A stretch of DNA of 64,000 nucleotides from an uncultured Candidatus Saccharibacteria bacterium (lineage in GTDB: Bacteria > Patescibacteriota > Minisyncoccia > Minisyncoccales > Staskawiczbacteraceae). The position numbers were made by a program, and so were the translations under genes. Numbering within the stretch: the first letter of the stretch is position 1; each line of letters opens with the position of its first letter. Below are positions 35,150 through 43,533 of this stretch, piece by piece. The stretch is taken from positions 211,987 to 275,986 of the forward strand of contig CAYZAV010000001.1 in assembly GCA_964475855.1 (NCBI GenBank), in the 5' to 3' direction. The notes under the pieces were generated by a model, which made no database searches, was not told the origin of the DNA, and saw only the letters and a list, made by a program, of their open reading frames with translations.

Positions 35150-36715
35150 TTAGTTAGTGGCCCTATAGGCCTTGTAGTCCTTCCGAAGGACCTTGGTAAC
35201 GAAGACGAGCGGGCCGGTTTCCACGCCCTCGGGGAAGCCGTCGGGATCCAGGCAGCAGCCCATTTCTTTTTCGGGACTCAAGCAGCCCATACGTTCAAGG
35301 AGCGTAACATGCTCCGGATTTTGCACACTGGCAACCCGCAAGCGCCGCTTGGCATCCTTGCCCATGAACCGTTCCACGACCATATCCAGATCATGGAAAT
35401 CGCCCTGGTTGTTGACCAGGAACTTCATCTTGACCTGGTAGGGGCCAAGAATTCGTTCTTGGTGGAACTCTTCGGCACCCAGCATCTGCTGGTTTTCGCA
35501 GGCCAGCACCTGGGCCAAAGCATCGCGGCATTCGTGCCACAGGAATTTCCCGGCCTTCATCCACTCGATGTAAGCAGGAGTGTTCCTTGCGATTTCCTTG
35601 GGGATGGCAACGTGCACATCATAGAGCTCGTTACGCAGCTGACCCTGATTGTTCTTCAGGGTCTTGCGATTGATAGCCACCTTCAAACCGGTGGCACGCT
35701 CGACAGCAACCAGCGCCCTGAAGCCGTTTTCCTGACGGCCAAAAGCACCCATCGCTTCAATGACATCACCATTGCAGGTGATGACCACACCACCTTCGGG
35801 GGTGATCATGTTGAAGATGCCATCTTCGCGATCGTTCCAGAGAAAGATAGCCGGTTGCTTGGGATCTTCCCACAACTTGCGGGCCTGTTCCCGGTCGGCA
35901 TCTTCCAGTTCTTTCTTGAGCCGTTGGACTTGATCCTCCACCGCCCTCTTGATGTTTTGGGTCAAGATGTGGCGATCTTCGTCTTCGAGCTCAACGACAT
36001 CGAAGCGTGCGTTCAGGGAAAAACGATCCTGCTTGCGGGTGGCCGGATCCTGGAAAAAGATCTGGCCGTTTTCACGTTTTTGCAGGACGCTGGACTTCTC
36101 CAATTTCTGGAGTTCCTCCAGCAGCTCGATGCCGTTCTTGAACGGCTTGACCGAGAGCCGAAATGCGGCCTCCGAGGCAATTAGCGGCAACGAAATGGCC
36201 AGACGCTTGTCGTTATGCCAGCGATTAATGTCGCTGCGCCATTCCGCGAGCAATTGGCCGAACGTCTTGTCGATGCCCCAGAGCTCCAGGGCCGATTCTA
36301 CCAGCAAATCCTCACTGATGAGGTTGCCGTCTTCGTCGAGCTGCTCACAGACAGTTTCGATATCATAGAGGTGAGGCAGAATGCTTTTCTGCCGGTCGAT
36401 GATTTTCTGCACCTGCTCACGCTGTCGGCCTTTGGCTTCTTTGTAGGCCTGTTGCTTTTGGTTCAGAGCGGCCTTATCGGCAGCTTTTTTGGCCAGGATC
36501 CTTTCGGCCAGGGCTTTCAATCCGCCAACTTGGACCGTGACGGTCGGAACGACCGGCTCGGGCAATTCGGGGATGATAATGTCCTGGATGTCGGGGGCGG
36601 CTTTCAGATGCAAGCTGCCGTTTTCGACGGCTTGCCCCAGTTTTTTCAGCGCGTTTCCCCGCACATCACTCTGCAGGAGAATTCCGTTCTTTTTGCTGCC
36701 GTTCTTGCTGCTCAT
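35150..36715 (-). CDS. Large orphan protein, no recognisable domain (high-GC island)
   Basis: 521-aa ORF, the longest in the locus, with its own promoter and terminator. The plus-strand 352-aa and 184-aa ORFs are Leu-rich antisense shadows. Confidence 0.7.
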   Translation of the reverse strand: MSSKNGSKKNGILLQSDVRGNALKKLGQAVENGSLHLKAAPDIQDIIIPELPEPVVPTVTVQVGGLKALAERILAKKAADKAALNQKQQAYKEAKGRQREQVQKIIDRQKSILPHLYDIETVCEQLDEDGNLISEDLLVESALELWGIDKTFGQLLAEWRSDINRWHNDKRLAISLPLIASEAAFRLSVKPFKNGIELLEELQKLEKSSVLQKRENGQIFFQDPATRKQDRFSLNARFDVVELEDEDRHILTQNIKRAVEDQVQRLKKELEDADREQARKLWEDPKQPAIFLWNDREDGIFNMITPEGGVVITCNGDVIEAMGAFGRQENGFRALVAVERATGLKVAINRKTLKNNQGQLRNELYDVHVAIPKEIARNTPAYIEWMKAGKFLWHECRDALAQVLACENQQMLGAEEFHQERILGPYQVKMKFLVNNQGDFHDLDMVVERFMGKDAKRRLRVASVQNPEHVTLLERMGCLSPEKEMGCCLDPDGFPEGVETGPLVFVTKVLRKDYKAYRATN

Positions 36716-36796
36716 GGTAAAGACCTTTCAGAAAGAAAGTATGGGCTACCCAGGCACCCGCCAAGATAGCTTTTCAAAGGACAAAACACTATTCAT

Positions 36797-36825
36797 AGTA
36801 TATCAGTTATAAAGGTGCTTGTCAA
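36797..36825 (-). promoter_or_regulatory. Sigma-70-like promoter TTGACA-N17-TATACT for the 521-aa gene
   Basis: Minus strand cTTGACAagcacctttataactgaTATACT. Confidence 0.55.
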
Positions 36826-36842
36826 GACTTACGCGTTGGTGC

Positions 36843-36869
36843 AAAAAAAGGCAGCGATAGTTTCGCTGC
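36843..36869 (-). terminator. Rho-independent terminator of the 172-aa gene
   Basis: Minus strand gcagcga-aacta-tcgctgc followed by cT7. Confidence 0.7.
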
Positions 36870-36874
36870 TTGGG

Positions 36875-37393
36875 TTAGCGTGAAGGGGAAACGGGTGAAA
36901 AAAGGTGCAACATGGGCTGGCCGGCCAGTTCGTGCGAAGACGGGTAAGGGGATGCCAGGGACTTGATATCCGGGGACAGGGAAACATCGCTGCCGTAGAT
37001 GATCCCGGTTTTAATGCCCTTCTGCCGAGCTTGCTTAAGGACGATTTCAAACGACCGGTTTCCGCCGCCGACAATCAGATACTTCATGTCGTAGTTTTCC
37101 ACCAAATCCATGGTGTCTTCAATGATGCGCTCACTGGTAATTTCTGACATCAGGATGGTAGGACAAAGGATGATGGTAAAACGGTGATACATCAAAAATT
37201 CAAAATGGCCATAAATATCATGGAAAGGCGTATACACGTCCATTCTGGTGATTTTGCCAATATTGGCAAGCCATTGCTTGAGCTTCTCAAACCCGGCCTT
37301 GCGGTCGTATTCTTCGGCTTTCCAATGCATTTCCGTCTGCCCGCGCAGGATGTTGGGCCAATCCATGACCAGGACCAAATTTTCTTTTGTCAC
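36875..37393 (-). CDS. NYN/LabA-like (PIN-type) domain protein with a degenerate acidic motif
   Basis: GTG start with an AAAGGAGA RBS. LVLVMDWPN (strand 1 Asp), IIEDTMDL, then KYLIVGGGNRSFEIVLKQARQKGIKTGIIYG where NYN proteins have SGDSDF. Confidence 0.5.
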   Translation of the reverse strand: MTKENLVLVMDWPNILRGQTEMHWKAEEYDRKAGFEKLKQWLANIGKITRMDVYTPFHDIYGHFEFLMYHRFTIILCPTILMSEITSERIIEDTMDLVENYDMKYLIVGGGNRSFEIVLKQARQKGIKTGIIYGSDVSLSPDIKSLASPYPSSHELAGQPMLHLFSPVSPSR

Positions 37394-37444
37394 AGTATCT
37401 CCTTTTAGTGAGGGTTGTAAACGAACAGGGGGCGATTTTTATTT

Positions 37445-37473
37445 ACATTAAACTATAAATACATGATTGTCAA
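37445..37473 (-). promoter_or_regulatory. Sigma-70-like promoter TTGACA-N17-TAATGT for the 172-aa gene
   Basis: Minus strand aTTGACAatcatgtatttatagttTAATGT, closely similar to the promoter at 38716-38744. Confidence 0.5.
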
Positions 37474-37518
37474 TTTTCACGCCCCGAAATAAATCCTTTG
37501 GACTTAAACGGGGCAAGC

Positions 37519-37553
37519 AAAAAAAACGGGCGTCGGAATTTCTTCCAACGCCC
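37519..37553 (-). terminator. Rho-independent terminator of the 357-aa gene
   Basis: Minus strand gggcgttggaa-gaaa-ttccgacgccc followed by gT8. Confidence 0.7.
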
Positions 37554-37565
37554 TTGTAGTAAAAA

Positions 37566-38639
37566 CTACTTGCTCGTTTTTTGCTTGTACCGGATCGTTT
37601 GGCACCGGTGGAATCCGCATTCGTACAGCGGACACGGATTTCTCAGAGTGGAATTGCAAATCCCATTTTTGCAATGAGCTGCCCGATCTTCCGGGAAACC
37701 CTCCGGGTTAAGCGCCAAACACACCAACTGCTTGATCCGCTCAAATGGGATCTTAGTGGCCGTGATGTCCTGATGCGTCTTGCTCCCGTTCATGATGCCC
37801 TGGCCGGCTTCCTTGAAGTGCCATTGCATGGCGCCCGGAACGTTGCCTTCGCTTTCCAGCGTTTTCCAGTCCGTAGTGACCAATTCGCCACTAATGAACT
37901 GCTCCTCAAGCCTGATGAGCTTGACGACATCGCTCATCCTCAGCCCGATTTTGTTGTTGTTGAAGATCTGCACCTGTCCCTTGGAATTTTGCTGGATGAT
38001 GATGCCTGCTCCATTGGCACGGGCAGCAACACTGAACTGTTCGTTGTCAGTGACACAAGTGAACAATTTCACCTTGCCCCGTGGGGTATTGATTTCTTCC
38101 ACGGTTGCGGTTTCCAGGACTTCCCGCTGGGCCTGGACAAACCGGATTTGGGCGGCATGCTTTGCCCGCAAGGCCCTCATCGTCCAATTGATGACAAATT
38201 CCGGATCGTCCGGATTGTCTTCGTGCATGTCTTTGACCATACGCGAAAGGCCAAACGGGTGGGCTGAGGCATTAAGATCACAGTCTTTGACAAACTCCGT
38301 GATCCTTTCCAGTGTCGGGTCGTTTTCTAAGCCCAGCGCACGGGCAACCAATGTGCAGGCACTCTCATTTTTCTTACGGCCTTCCGTGGCATTGGCATGT
38401 TCGTCAAACCTTCCACTGCCCACACCAACACAGATGATACCTTGGGCTTCGAGCTCTTCGGCACTGCATCCGAGCAACTGCTCGCCGCCGTGTCCTTCGG
38501 GGACAATCTTAGCCTTGCTGATACCCGGGAAAATCTTTTCTCCCAGGGTCATCAACAGATAGATGGCGAAGATTTCGTCCAGGTGCGGACGGGCGTGGGT
38601 GACGATGGTGTTAAACACCACTTGCAACACTTGCGACAT
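37566..38639 (-). CDS. MYG1/UPF0160-like metal-dependent phosphoesterase (exonuclease-like) with a C-terminal Cys cluster
   Basis: IVTHARPHLDEIFAIYLL and VGVGSGRFDEHA parallel the MYG1 THxGxFHxDE and DVGGxYD..RxDHH motifs, and ...MQWHFKEAGQGIMNGSKTH parallels FVHASGFIGGHRT. Tail is C-x4-C-x7-C-x4-C-x4-C. Assignment is by eye. Confidence 0.5.
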   Translation of the reverse strand: MSQVLQVVFNTIVTHARPHLDEIFAIYLLMTLGEKIFPGISKAKIVPEGHGGEQLLGCSAEELEAQGIICVGVGSGRFDEHANATEGRKKNESACTLVARALGLENDPTLERITEFVKDCDLNASAHPFGLSRMVKDMHEDNPDDPEFVINWTMRALRAKHAAQIRFVQAQREVLETATVEEINTPRGKVKLFTCVTDNEQFSVAARANGAGIIIQQNSKGQVQIFNNNKIGLRMSDVVKLIRLEEQFISGELVTTDWKTLESEGNVPGAMQWHFKEAGQGIMNGSKTHQDITATKIPFERIKQLVCLALNPEGFPEDRAAHCKNGICNSTLRNPCPLYECGFHRCQTIRYKQKTSK

Positions 38640-38715
38640 GGCAACTCTCCTTGGGTGGAGCTATGGCTCCAGTATTAGGAACTGTACAACGCAACAAAGC
38701 GCGGTACTCGTTAGT

Positions 38716-38744
38716 ACATTAACATATTAATACCATGGTGTCAA
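38716..38744 (-). promoter_or_regulatory. Sigma-70-like promoter TTGACA-N17-TAATGT for the 357-aa gene
   Basis: Minus strand aTTGACAccatggtattaatatgtTAATGT. The -35 element lies 10 nt from the rpsA stop. Confidence 0.5.
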
Positions 38745-38753
38745 TATGGCGCG

Positions 38754-39827
38754 CTATTTTGCCAACTTCAAACTCATCCTATGTTCCTTTGGCTCAATCG
38801 CCAATATCTCAAACTTATACGTTTCTCCTATTTTAAGTGCAGCTTCCATGTCAGCGGCTGTGGCAAATTCGGAAATATGGCAAAGCCCCCTGATTTTTGG
38901 CAGCACTTCCACAAATGCCCCAAATGGCGAAAATGAAATCACTTTTCCCTTAATACTGTCTCCCTTTTTATACTGCGACTGCACAGCCTCCCATGGATTT
39001 TCTTTCAGGGCTTTAAGCGACAAAAATACCTGATTGTTATGAATATCAATGATTTTTGCTTTTACCGTTTCACCTACTTTTACCACTTCAACCGGATTTT
39101 GCACCAACTGCCAGTCAAGTTCAGAAATATGGATCAGTCCTTCAACCACGCCATCTTTGGCTTCTGCGGGAAACTTGATAAATGCGCCAAAGTCAGCAAT
39201 GCCGGTGATAATGCCCTCAATCACATCTTCTTTTTTATAGTTTTCCAACATTTTTTTCATGGCTTGCTCGGTTTTTGCCTTTTCAGATAAAATCAGCTTA
39301 TTTTCAGAAGCAAGTAAATCCAACACTTTTACTTCCAGCGTTTTGCCGATGAATTTTTGCAGTTCTTTTAAAATTTTAGCCTTATCAGCGTCAGCCACCC
39401 GTGGATAATTTTCCGATGAAAGTTGGGAAACAGGTAAAAATGCGGCCATGCCGTTTAGGGTGGTCAACAATCCCCCCTTGTTTACGCCGGTAATTTTAAC
39501 ACTCACAATTTCTTCTTTATCCTTAAGTTCTTGCAGTTTCTGCCAGCCCAAATCTTTGGTGGCATCGCGCATGGACAATTCCCGGTAACCGTCTTCATTT
39601 TCCATTTCAACAATTTTGGCAAAGACCGTGTCACCGATATTTAAACCCTTAATGGCTTCTTTTACTTCATAAAACTCCCTTCCATATATAATACCCGTTC
39701 CCTGGTTACCCAAATCAATATATAAAGCAGCCCGGTCGCGGGCTACGATTTTCCCCTCTACAATATTACCAATCCCTGGTGGCGGGGTAATTTCTTTAGT
39801 TGTTTTTTTAACGATTTCTTTTTGCAT
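38754..39827 (-). CDS. rpsA: 30S ribosomal protein S1 (four S1 domains)
   Basis: Repeated S1/OB motifs (G.IVEGKIV, GDTVFAKIVE, GIITGIADFGAFIKF, GKVISFSPFGAFVEV). Confidence 0.9.
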   Translation of the reverse strand: MQKEIVKKTTKEITPPPGIGNIVEGKIVARDRAALYIDLGNQGTGIIYGREFYEVKEAIKGLNIGDTVFAKIVEMENEDGYRELSMRDATKDLGWQKLQELKDKEEIVSVKITGVNKGGLLTTLNGMAAFLPVSQLSSENYPRVADADKAKILKELQKFIGKTLEVKVLDLLASENKLILSEKAKTEQAMKKMLENYKKEDVIEGIITGIADFGAFIKFPAEAKDGVVEGLIHISELDWQLVQNPVEVVKVGETVKAKIIDIHNNQVFLSLKALKENPWEAVQSQYKKGDSIKGKVISFSPFGAFVEVLPKIRGLCHISEFATAADMEAALKIGETYKFEILAIEPKEHRMSLKLAK

Positions 39828-39970
39828 GCTATATATAACTGCGGCTGTAAATTATTTTGGTATCCGCGGCCATAGCCGTATCGCCTGCGAATGGGGTTTA
39901 TCATACACTATTTTTGTATTTTTGCAAAGATATGCTAGGATAATGATATTCAATTAACCAAAAATACGTA

Positions 39971-41824
39971 ATGAAACTCAATCCTTTTGTTAAAAATTTA
40001 TTGGCCGCTATTTTGATTTTACTGGCCGTTGGAGGCGTTTTCAGTTTAATTTATTTGCCTAGTGAACCTGTTACCGAAATTTCGCTCTCCCAACTGGTAA
40101 GCGAGATAAATCAAGATAAAATCAAAAAAATTACCGTGGCCGGGGAAGCTTTGGAAATCATATACACCGATGATAAAATGGCCACATCCATGAAAGAATC
40201 CAATTCCGTATTGCCAATGCTTTTGGAAAATTTGGGCGTAGACAAGGCAAAACTACAAAAGGTGGAAATTACCGCTTCTTTGCAAAAAGAAAGCGTCTGG
40301 AGTTGGCTATTACCAGCGCTATTATATGGCATTTTACCCCTGGTGGTGATTGGATTTTTCTTGTGGACGATTATGAAGCAAACCAAAACGGGAGCCGGAC
40401 AGGTGTTTGATTTTACCAAAGCGCGAGCCAAGCTGTTTGGCGCCGAAGGACATAGTAAGGAAAAAATTACCTTTAAAGATGTGGCAGGGTTAAAAGAAGC
40501 TAAAGAAGAGCTGATAGAAATTGTGGATTTCTTGAAATTCCCAAAAAAATACTTGGACATGGGGGCAAAAATCCCGCGCGGAGTGCTATTGTTGGGTAGC
40601 GCCGGTGTTGGAAAAACGATGCTTGCACGGGCGGTTGCCGGTGAAGCAAATGTGCCATTTTTCAGTATTTCCGGATCCGAATTTGTGGAAATGTTCGTGG
40701 GAGTTGGAAGCGCCCGTGTGCGTGATTTATTTGCCACAGCCAAAAAAGCATCCCCTTCCATTATTTTCATTGACGAACTTGACGCCATTGGGCGCCATCG
40801 CGGAGTTGGCATGGGTGGCGGACACGATGAACGGGAACAAACACTGAACATGATTTTAGTGGAAATGGACGGCTTTGAAAAAGAAACAGGGGTAATCGTA
40901 ATGGCTGCCACCAATCGCGGCGACATTTTGGACGCAGCATTGCTAAGGCCGGGTCGCTTTGACCGTAAAATCACTTTGGACCCACCAGATGTGCACGACC
41001 GCGAAGAAATTTTGAAAATCCATTCAAAAGACAAGCCCCTGGCCTCAAATGTGAATTTTAAAGAAATTGCCGAACGTACGCCTGGGTTTTCCGGCGCCGA
41101 TTTGGCCAACATTGCCAACGAAGCCGCGCTGCTGGCCGCTCGTCAAAACAAAGATAAAATTTTCCAGATAGAATTTTTGGAAGCCATCGAAAAGGTGTTA
41201 CTCGGACCTGAACGCAAAAGCCATATTTTATCCAAGAAAGAAAAGGAAATTGTGGCCTACCACGAAGCCGGGCACGCCCTGGTTTCAAGCTCAATTCCCG
41301 GCACCGAACCCGTCCGCAAAATTTCCATCATTTCCCGCGGTATGGCCGGAGGGTACACCCTGCAAGTCAGCTCTGAAGAAAACAAACTGCGTACCAAAAC
41401 CCAATTTTTGGCCGAGATTGCCACGCTATTGGGTGGTATGGCTGCCGAACGCCTGATATTTGGAGAAATGACCACCGGCGCCAGCAATGACCTAGAAAAA
41501 GCTTCGCACCTAGCACGGCGTATTGTCAAAGACTGGGGTATGTCAACCCTGGGCCCTATTTCTTTTGATGACAAAGAGAATATGATGATGGGCGGAGTTG
41601 GTTCGCAGAACAATTACTCGGAATCCGTGGCGGAAAAGATTGACAAAGAAATAGAAACTATCTTGCGCGGTGCCGAAAAGCGAGCAACCGAAATTGTGGC
41701 CAAGCGCAAAGACATGCTAGAAAAAATCGCCAAAACCCTAGTGGAAAAAGAAACCATAGAACGAGAGGAGTTTGAGAAGATTATGGGCATTGCTGGTAGC
41801 AGTAAAAAGAATGGGAAAAGATAA
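39971..41824 (+). CDS. ftsH: ATP-dependent zinc metalloprotease FtsH
   Basis: Two TM helices, Walker [12 protein letters not shown] region, HEAGHAL zinc site. Confidence 0.95.
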   Translation: MKLNPFVKNLLAAILILLAVGGVFSLIYLPSEPVTEISLSQLVSEINQDKIKKITVAGEALEIIYTDDKMATSMKESNSVLPMLLENLGVDKAKLQKVEITASLQKESVWSWLLPALLYGILPLVVIGFFLWTIMKQTKTGAGQVFDFTKARAKLFGAEGHSKEKITFKDVAGLKEAKEELIEIVDFLKFPKKYLDMGAKIPRGVLLLGSAGVGKTMLARAVAGEANVPFFSISGSEFVEMFVGVGSARVRDLFATAKKASPSIIFIDELDAIGRHRGVGMGGGHDEREQTLNMILVEMDGFEKETGVIVMAATNRGDILDAALLRPGRFDRKITLDPPDVHDREEILKIHSKDKPLASNVNFKEIAERTPGFSGADLANIANEAALLAARQNKDKIFQIEFLEAIEKVLLGPERKSHILSKKEKEIVAYHEAGHALVSSSIPGTEPVRKISIISRGMAGGYTLQVSSEENKLRTKTQFLAEIATLLGGMAAERLIFGEMTTGASNDLEKASHLARRIVKDWGMSTLGPISFDDKENMMMGGVGSQNNYSESVAEKIDKEIETILRGAEKRATEIVAKRKDMLEKIAKTLVEKETIEREEFEKIMGIAGSSKKNGKR

Positions 41825-41932
41825 CTAAATTATTCTAATTATTCTAATTTCTAATTAACCTAATCAAATCCCAATTATTTAGAATAATTAGGTCAATTAG
41901 TATAATTAGAAATTCCCCGCTAGGCGGGGTTG

Positions 41933-42004
41933 GCTCCCATAGCTCAGCGGCAGAGCATTCCGCTTATATCGGAACGGTCGTAGGTTCGAATCCTACTGGG
42001 AGCA
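41933..42004 (+). tRNA. tRNA-Ile(UAU)
   Basis: GCTCCCA TA GCTC AGCGGCA GAGC A ttccg-CTTATAT-cggaa cggtc gtagg-TTCGAAT-cctac TGGGAGC A. Confidence 0.8.
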
Positions 42005-42007
42005 CCT

Positions 42008-42817
42008 ATGGATAAAAAACGCATTGCGGATTTCCAAAAAACGGTTTGGGATTTTTACAAAAAGAATAAACGCACATTTCCCTGGAGAGAAACGACTGAT
42101 CCTTATAAAATTCTGGTTTCGGAAATAATGCTGCAGCAAACGCAGGCTCCGCGCGTGGTGGTGTATTATGAAAAGTGGTTGCAGAGGTTCCCGGATTTTA
42201 CCACACTAGCTGCAGCCAAATTCAGCGAAATTTACCCCTATTGGCAGGGACTCGGATATAACCGCCGGGCGCAGGCACTGCAAAAAACCGCAGAAAAAGT
42301 CGTAGCGGCGTATAACGGCAAACTACCTTCAGATACCGCTCTACTAGAAAAATTGCCGGGAATTGGGCCCTACACCGCCCGAGCAGTAAGCATATTTTCC
42401 CACAACCGCCCACTGACGTGCTTGGAAACCAACATTCGCCGAGTATTTATCCATCATTTTTTTGAAGATGCTGAAATTGTAACCGATGAAGAAATTTTGC
42501 CGTTACTTGAAGCCACACTGCCGCCAAAACAATCGCGCCAGTGGCATTGGGCGCTGATGGATTATGGAGCCCACCTAAAATCACAAATTCCAAATCCCAA
42601 TCGTCGGCACAAAAATTACAGTGTCCAATCAAAATTCGAAGGTTCTTTGCGCCAGATCCGCGGAGCAGTACTGCGAAATCTAGCTAACAAGAAAATGACT
42701 GTGGCACAATTGATAAAAATAATTGACAAAGAACCCGAAAAGGTAAAGAATGTCCTTGTAGTGCTCGAAAAAGAGGGGTTGATAAAAAAGAGTAAAAATA
42801 CATATTCTTTGAATTAG
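42008..42817 (+). CDS. HhH-GPD base-excision glycosylase, MutY/Nth-like, without an Fe-S cluster loop and with a C-terminal winged-helix-like region
   Basis: VSEIMLQQTQAPRV, WQGLGYNRRA, LPGIGPYTARAV (HhH). There is only one Cys in the whole protein, and LETNIRRV occupies the place of LDGNVxRV. Confidence 0.7.
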   Translation: MDKKRIADFQKTVWDFYKKNKRTFPWRETTDPYKILVSEIMLQQTQAPRVVVYYEKWLQRFPDFTTLAAAKFSEIYPYWQGLGYNRRAQALQKTAEKVVAAYNGKLPSDTALLEKLPGIGPYTARAVSIFSHNRPLTCLETNIRRVFIHHFFEDAEIVTDEEILPLLEATLPPKQSRQWHWALMDYGAHLKSQIPNPNRRHKNYSVQSKFEGSLRQIRGAVLRNLANKKMTVAQLIKIIDKEPEKVKNVLVVLEKEGLIKKSKNTYSLN

Positions 42818-42825
42818 ATACGGGC

Positions 42826-42895
42826 GACACGTAATAATTTCTTCGGAAATTACATGTGTCAGCAATGTAAAATTTCAGGGAAATTTGTACGTTGC
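42826..42895 (+). repeat. tRNA-associated double-hairpin element, copy 2
   Basis: gacacgtaataatttc-ttcg-gaaattacatgtgtc plus gcaatgtaaaatttc-aggg-aaatttgtacgttgc. The last 2 nt are the first 2 nt of tRNA-Val. Confidence 0.7.
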
Positions 42896-42968
42896 GCGCT
42901 TAGCTCAGTAGCAGAGCATCTCATTGACGTTGAGAGGGTCGAAAGTGCAACTCTTTCAGCGCGCACCA
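42894..42968 (+). tRNA. tRNA-Val(GAC), CCA encoded, atypical D- and T-loops
   Basis: GCGCGCT TA GCTC AGTAGCA GAGC A tctca-TTGACGT-tgaga gggtc gaaag-TGCAACT-ctttc AGCGCGC A CCA. Confidence 0.75.
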
Positions 42969-42986
42969 TAATACAAAATAAAACAT

Positions 42987-43526
42987 ATGATAGATAAAAA
43001 AACAATTATGATTTTAGCGGGAGTGGCGGTGGTATTGGCGGGAGCAATTGGCTATTGGGTTTTTGTGGTGCAAAAGCAACCTCAACTGACGCCCGCACAA
43101 CAAATAGAACTTAACTTGCAAAAATTGATAACAGAAAATATTGAAGATTGGACTTCGTATGCAAAAGTTTCTGATGCAGAATATCTAAAATTCGGTAATG
43201 ACAAAACCTGTGCGGCGAGCATTAAAGGCAGCGCAGATTTTTTGAACTATGTTGCACAGGCAAGCAAGGGCGATATTTTCAAGCTTGACCTGACCAATGG
43301 GGCGTACGTGATGTATACACCCAATTATAGCAACTGGGACAATAAAACGCTGGCTTCGCTAACCGTGCAAGACATGCGCATTTGCAGTGGTGGGTTTTTA
43401 ACGCCCCTATACGCATACCCGGACAAAGTGGTTTGGGGAAACATCACTTGCGCAGGATTGGAAGAAGAAACCGATAACTGTCAGATGATAAACCGGATCG
43501 TGATGGGATACTTTAGTAAACAATAA
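42987..43526 (+). CDS. Membrane-anchored hypothetical protein
   Basis: 179-aa ORF with an N-terminal TM helix and four Cys in the soluble part. Confidence 0.55.
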   Translation: MIDKKTIMILAGVAVVLAGAIGYWVFVVQKQPQLTPAQQIELNLQKLITENIEDWTSYAKVSDAEYLKFGNDKTCAASIKGSADFLNYVAQASKGDIFKLDLTNGAYVMYTPNYSNWDNKTLASLTVQDMRICSGGFLTPLYAYPDKVVWGNITCAGLEEETDNCQMINRIVMGYFSKQ

Positions 43527-43533
43527 CCGTACC

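Noticed and set aside
35126-38678. Long plus-strand ORFs (352, 82, 139, 184, 107, 80, 228, 260 and 93 aa) overlapping the three minus-strand island genes
   Set aside because: They are fragmented and Leu/Val/Gly/Asp/Phe-rich with no motifs, which is typical of antisense shadows of GC-rich coding sequence. The minus-strand ORFs are longer and contiguous, and each has its own promoter, RBS and terminator.
40111-41118. 335-aa minus-strand ORF inside ftsH
   Set aside because: It is antisense to conserved FtsH AAA+ motifs and is a shadow ORF.
41826-41930. ttagaataatt / attattctaat imperfect inverted repeats after ftsH (related 11-mer at 49915-49930 and 11238-11250)
   Set aside because: This is very AT-rich low-complexity sequence. 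It probably forms part of terminator or spacer structure, and the short shared words are not statistically compelling on their own.
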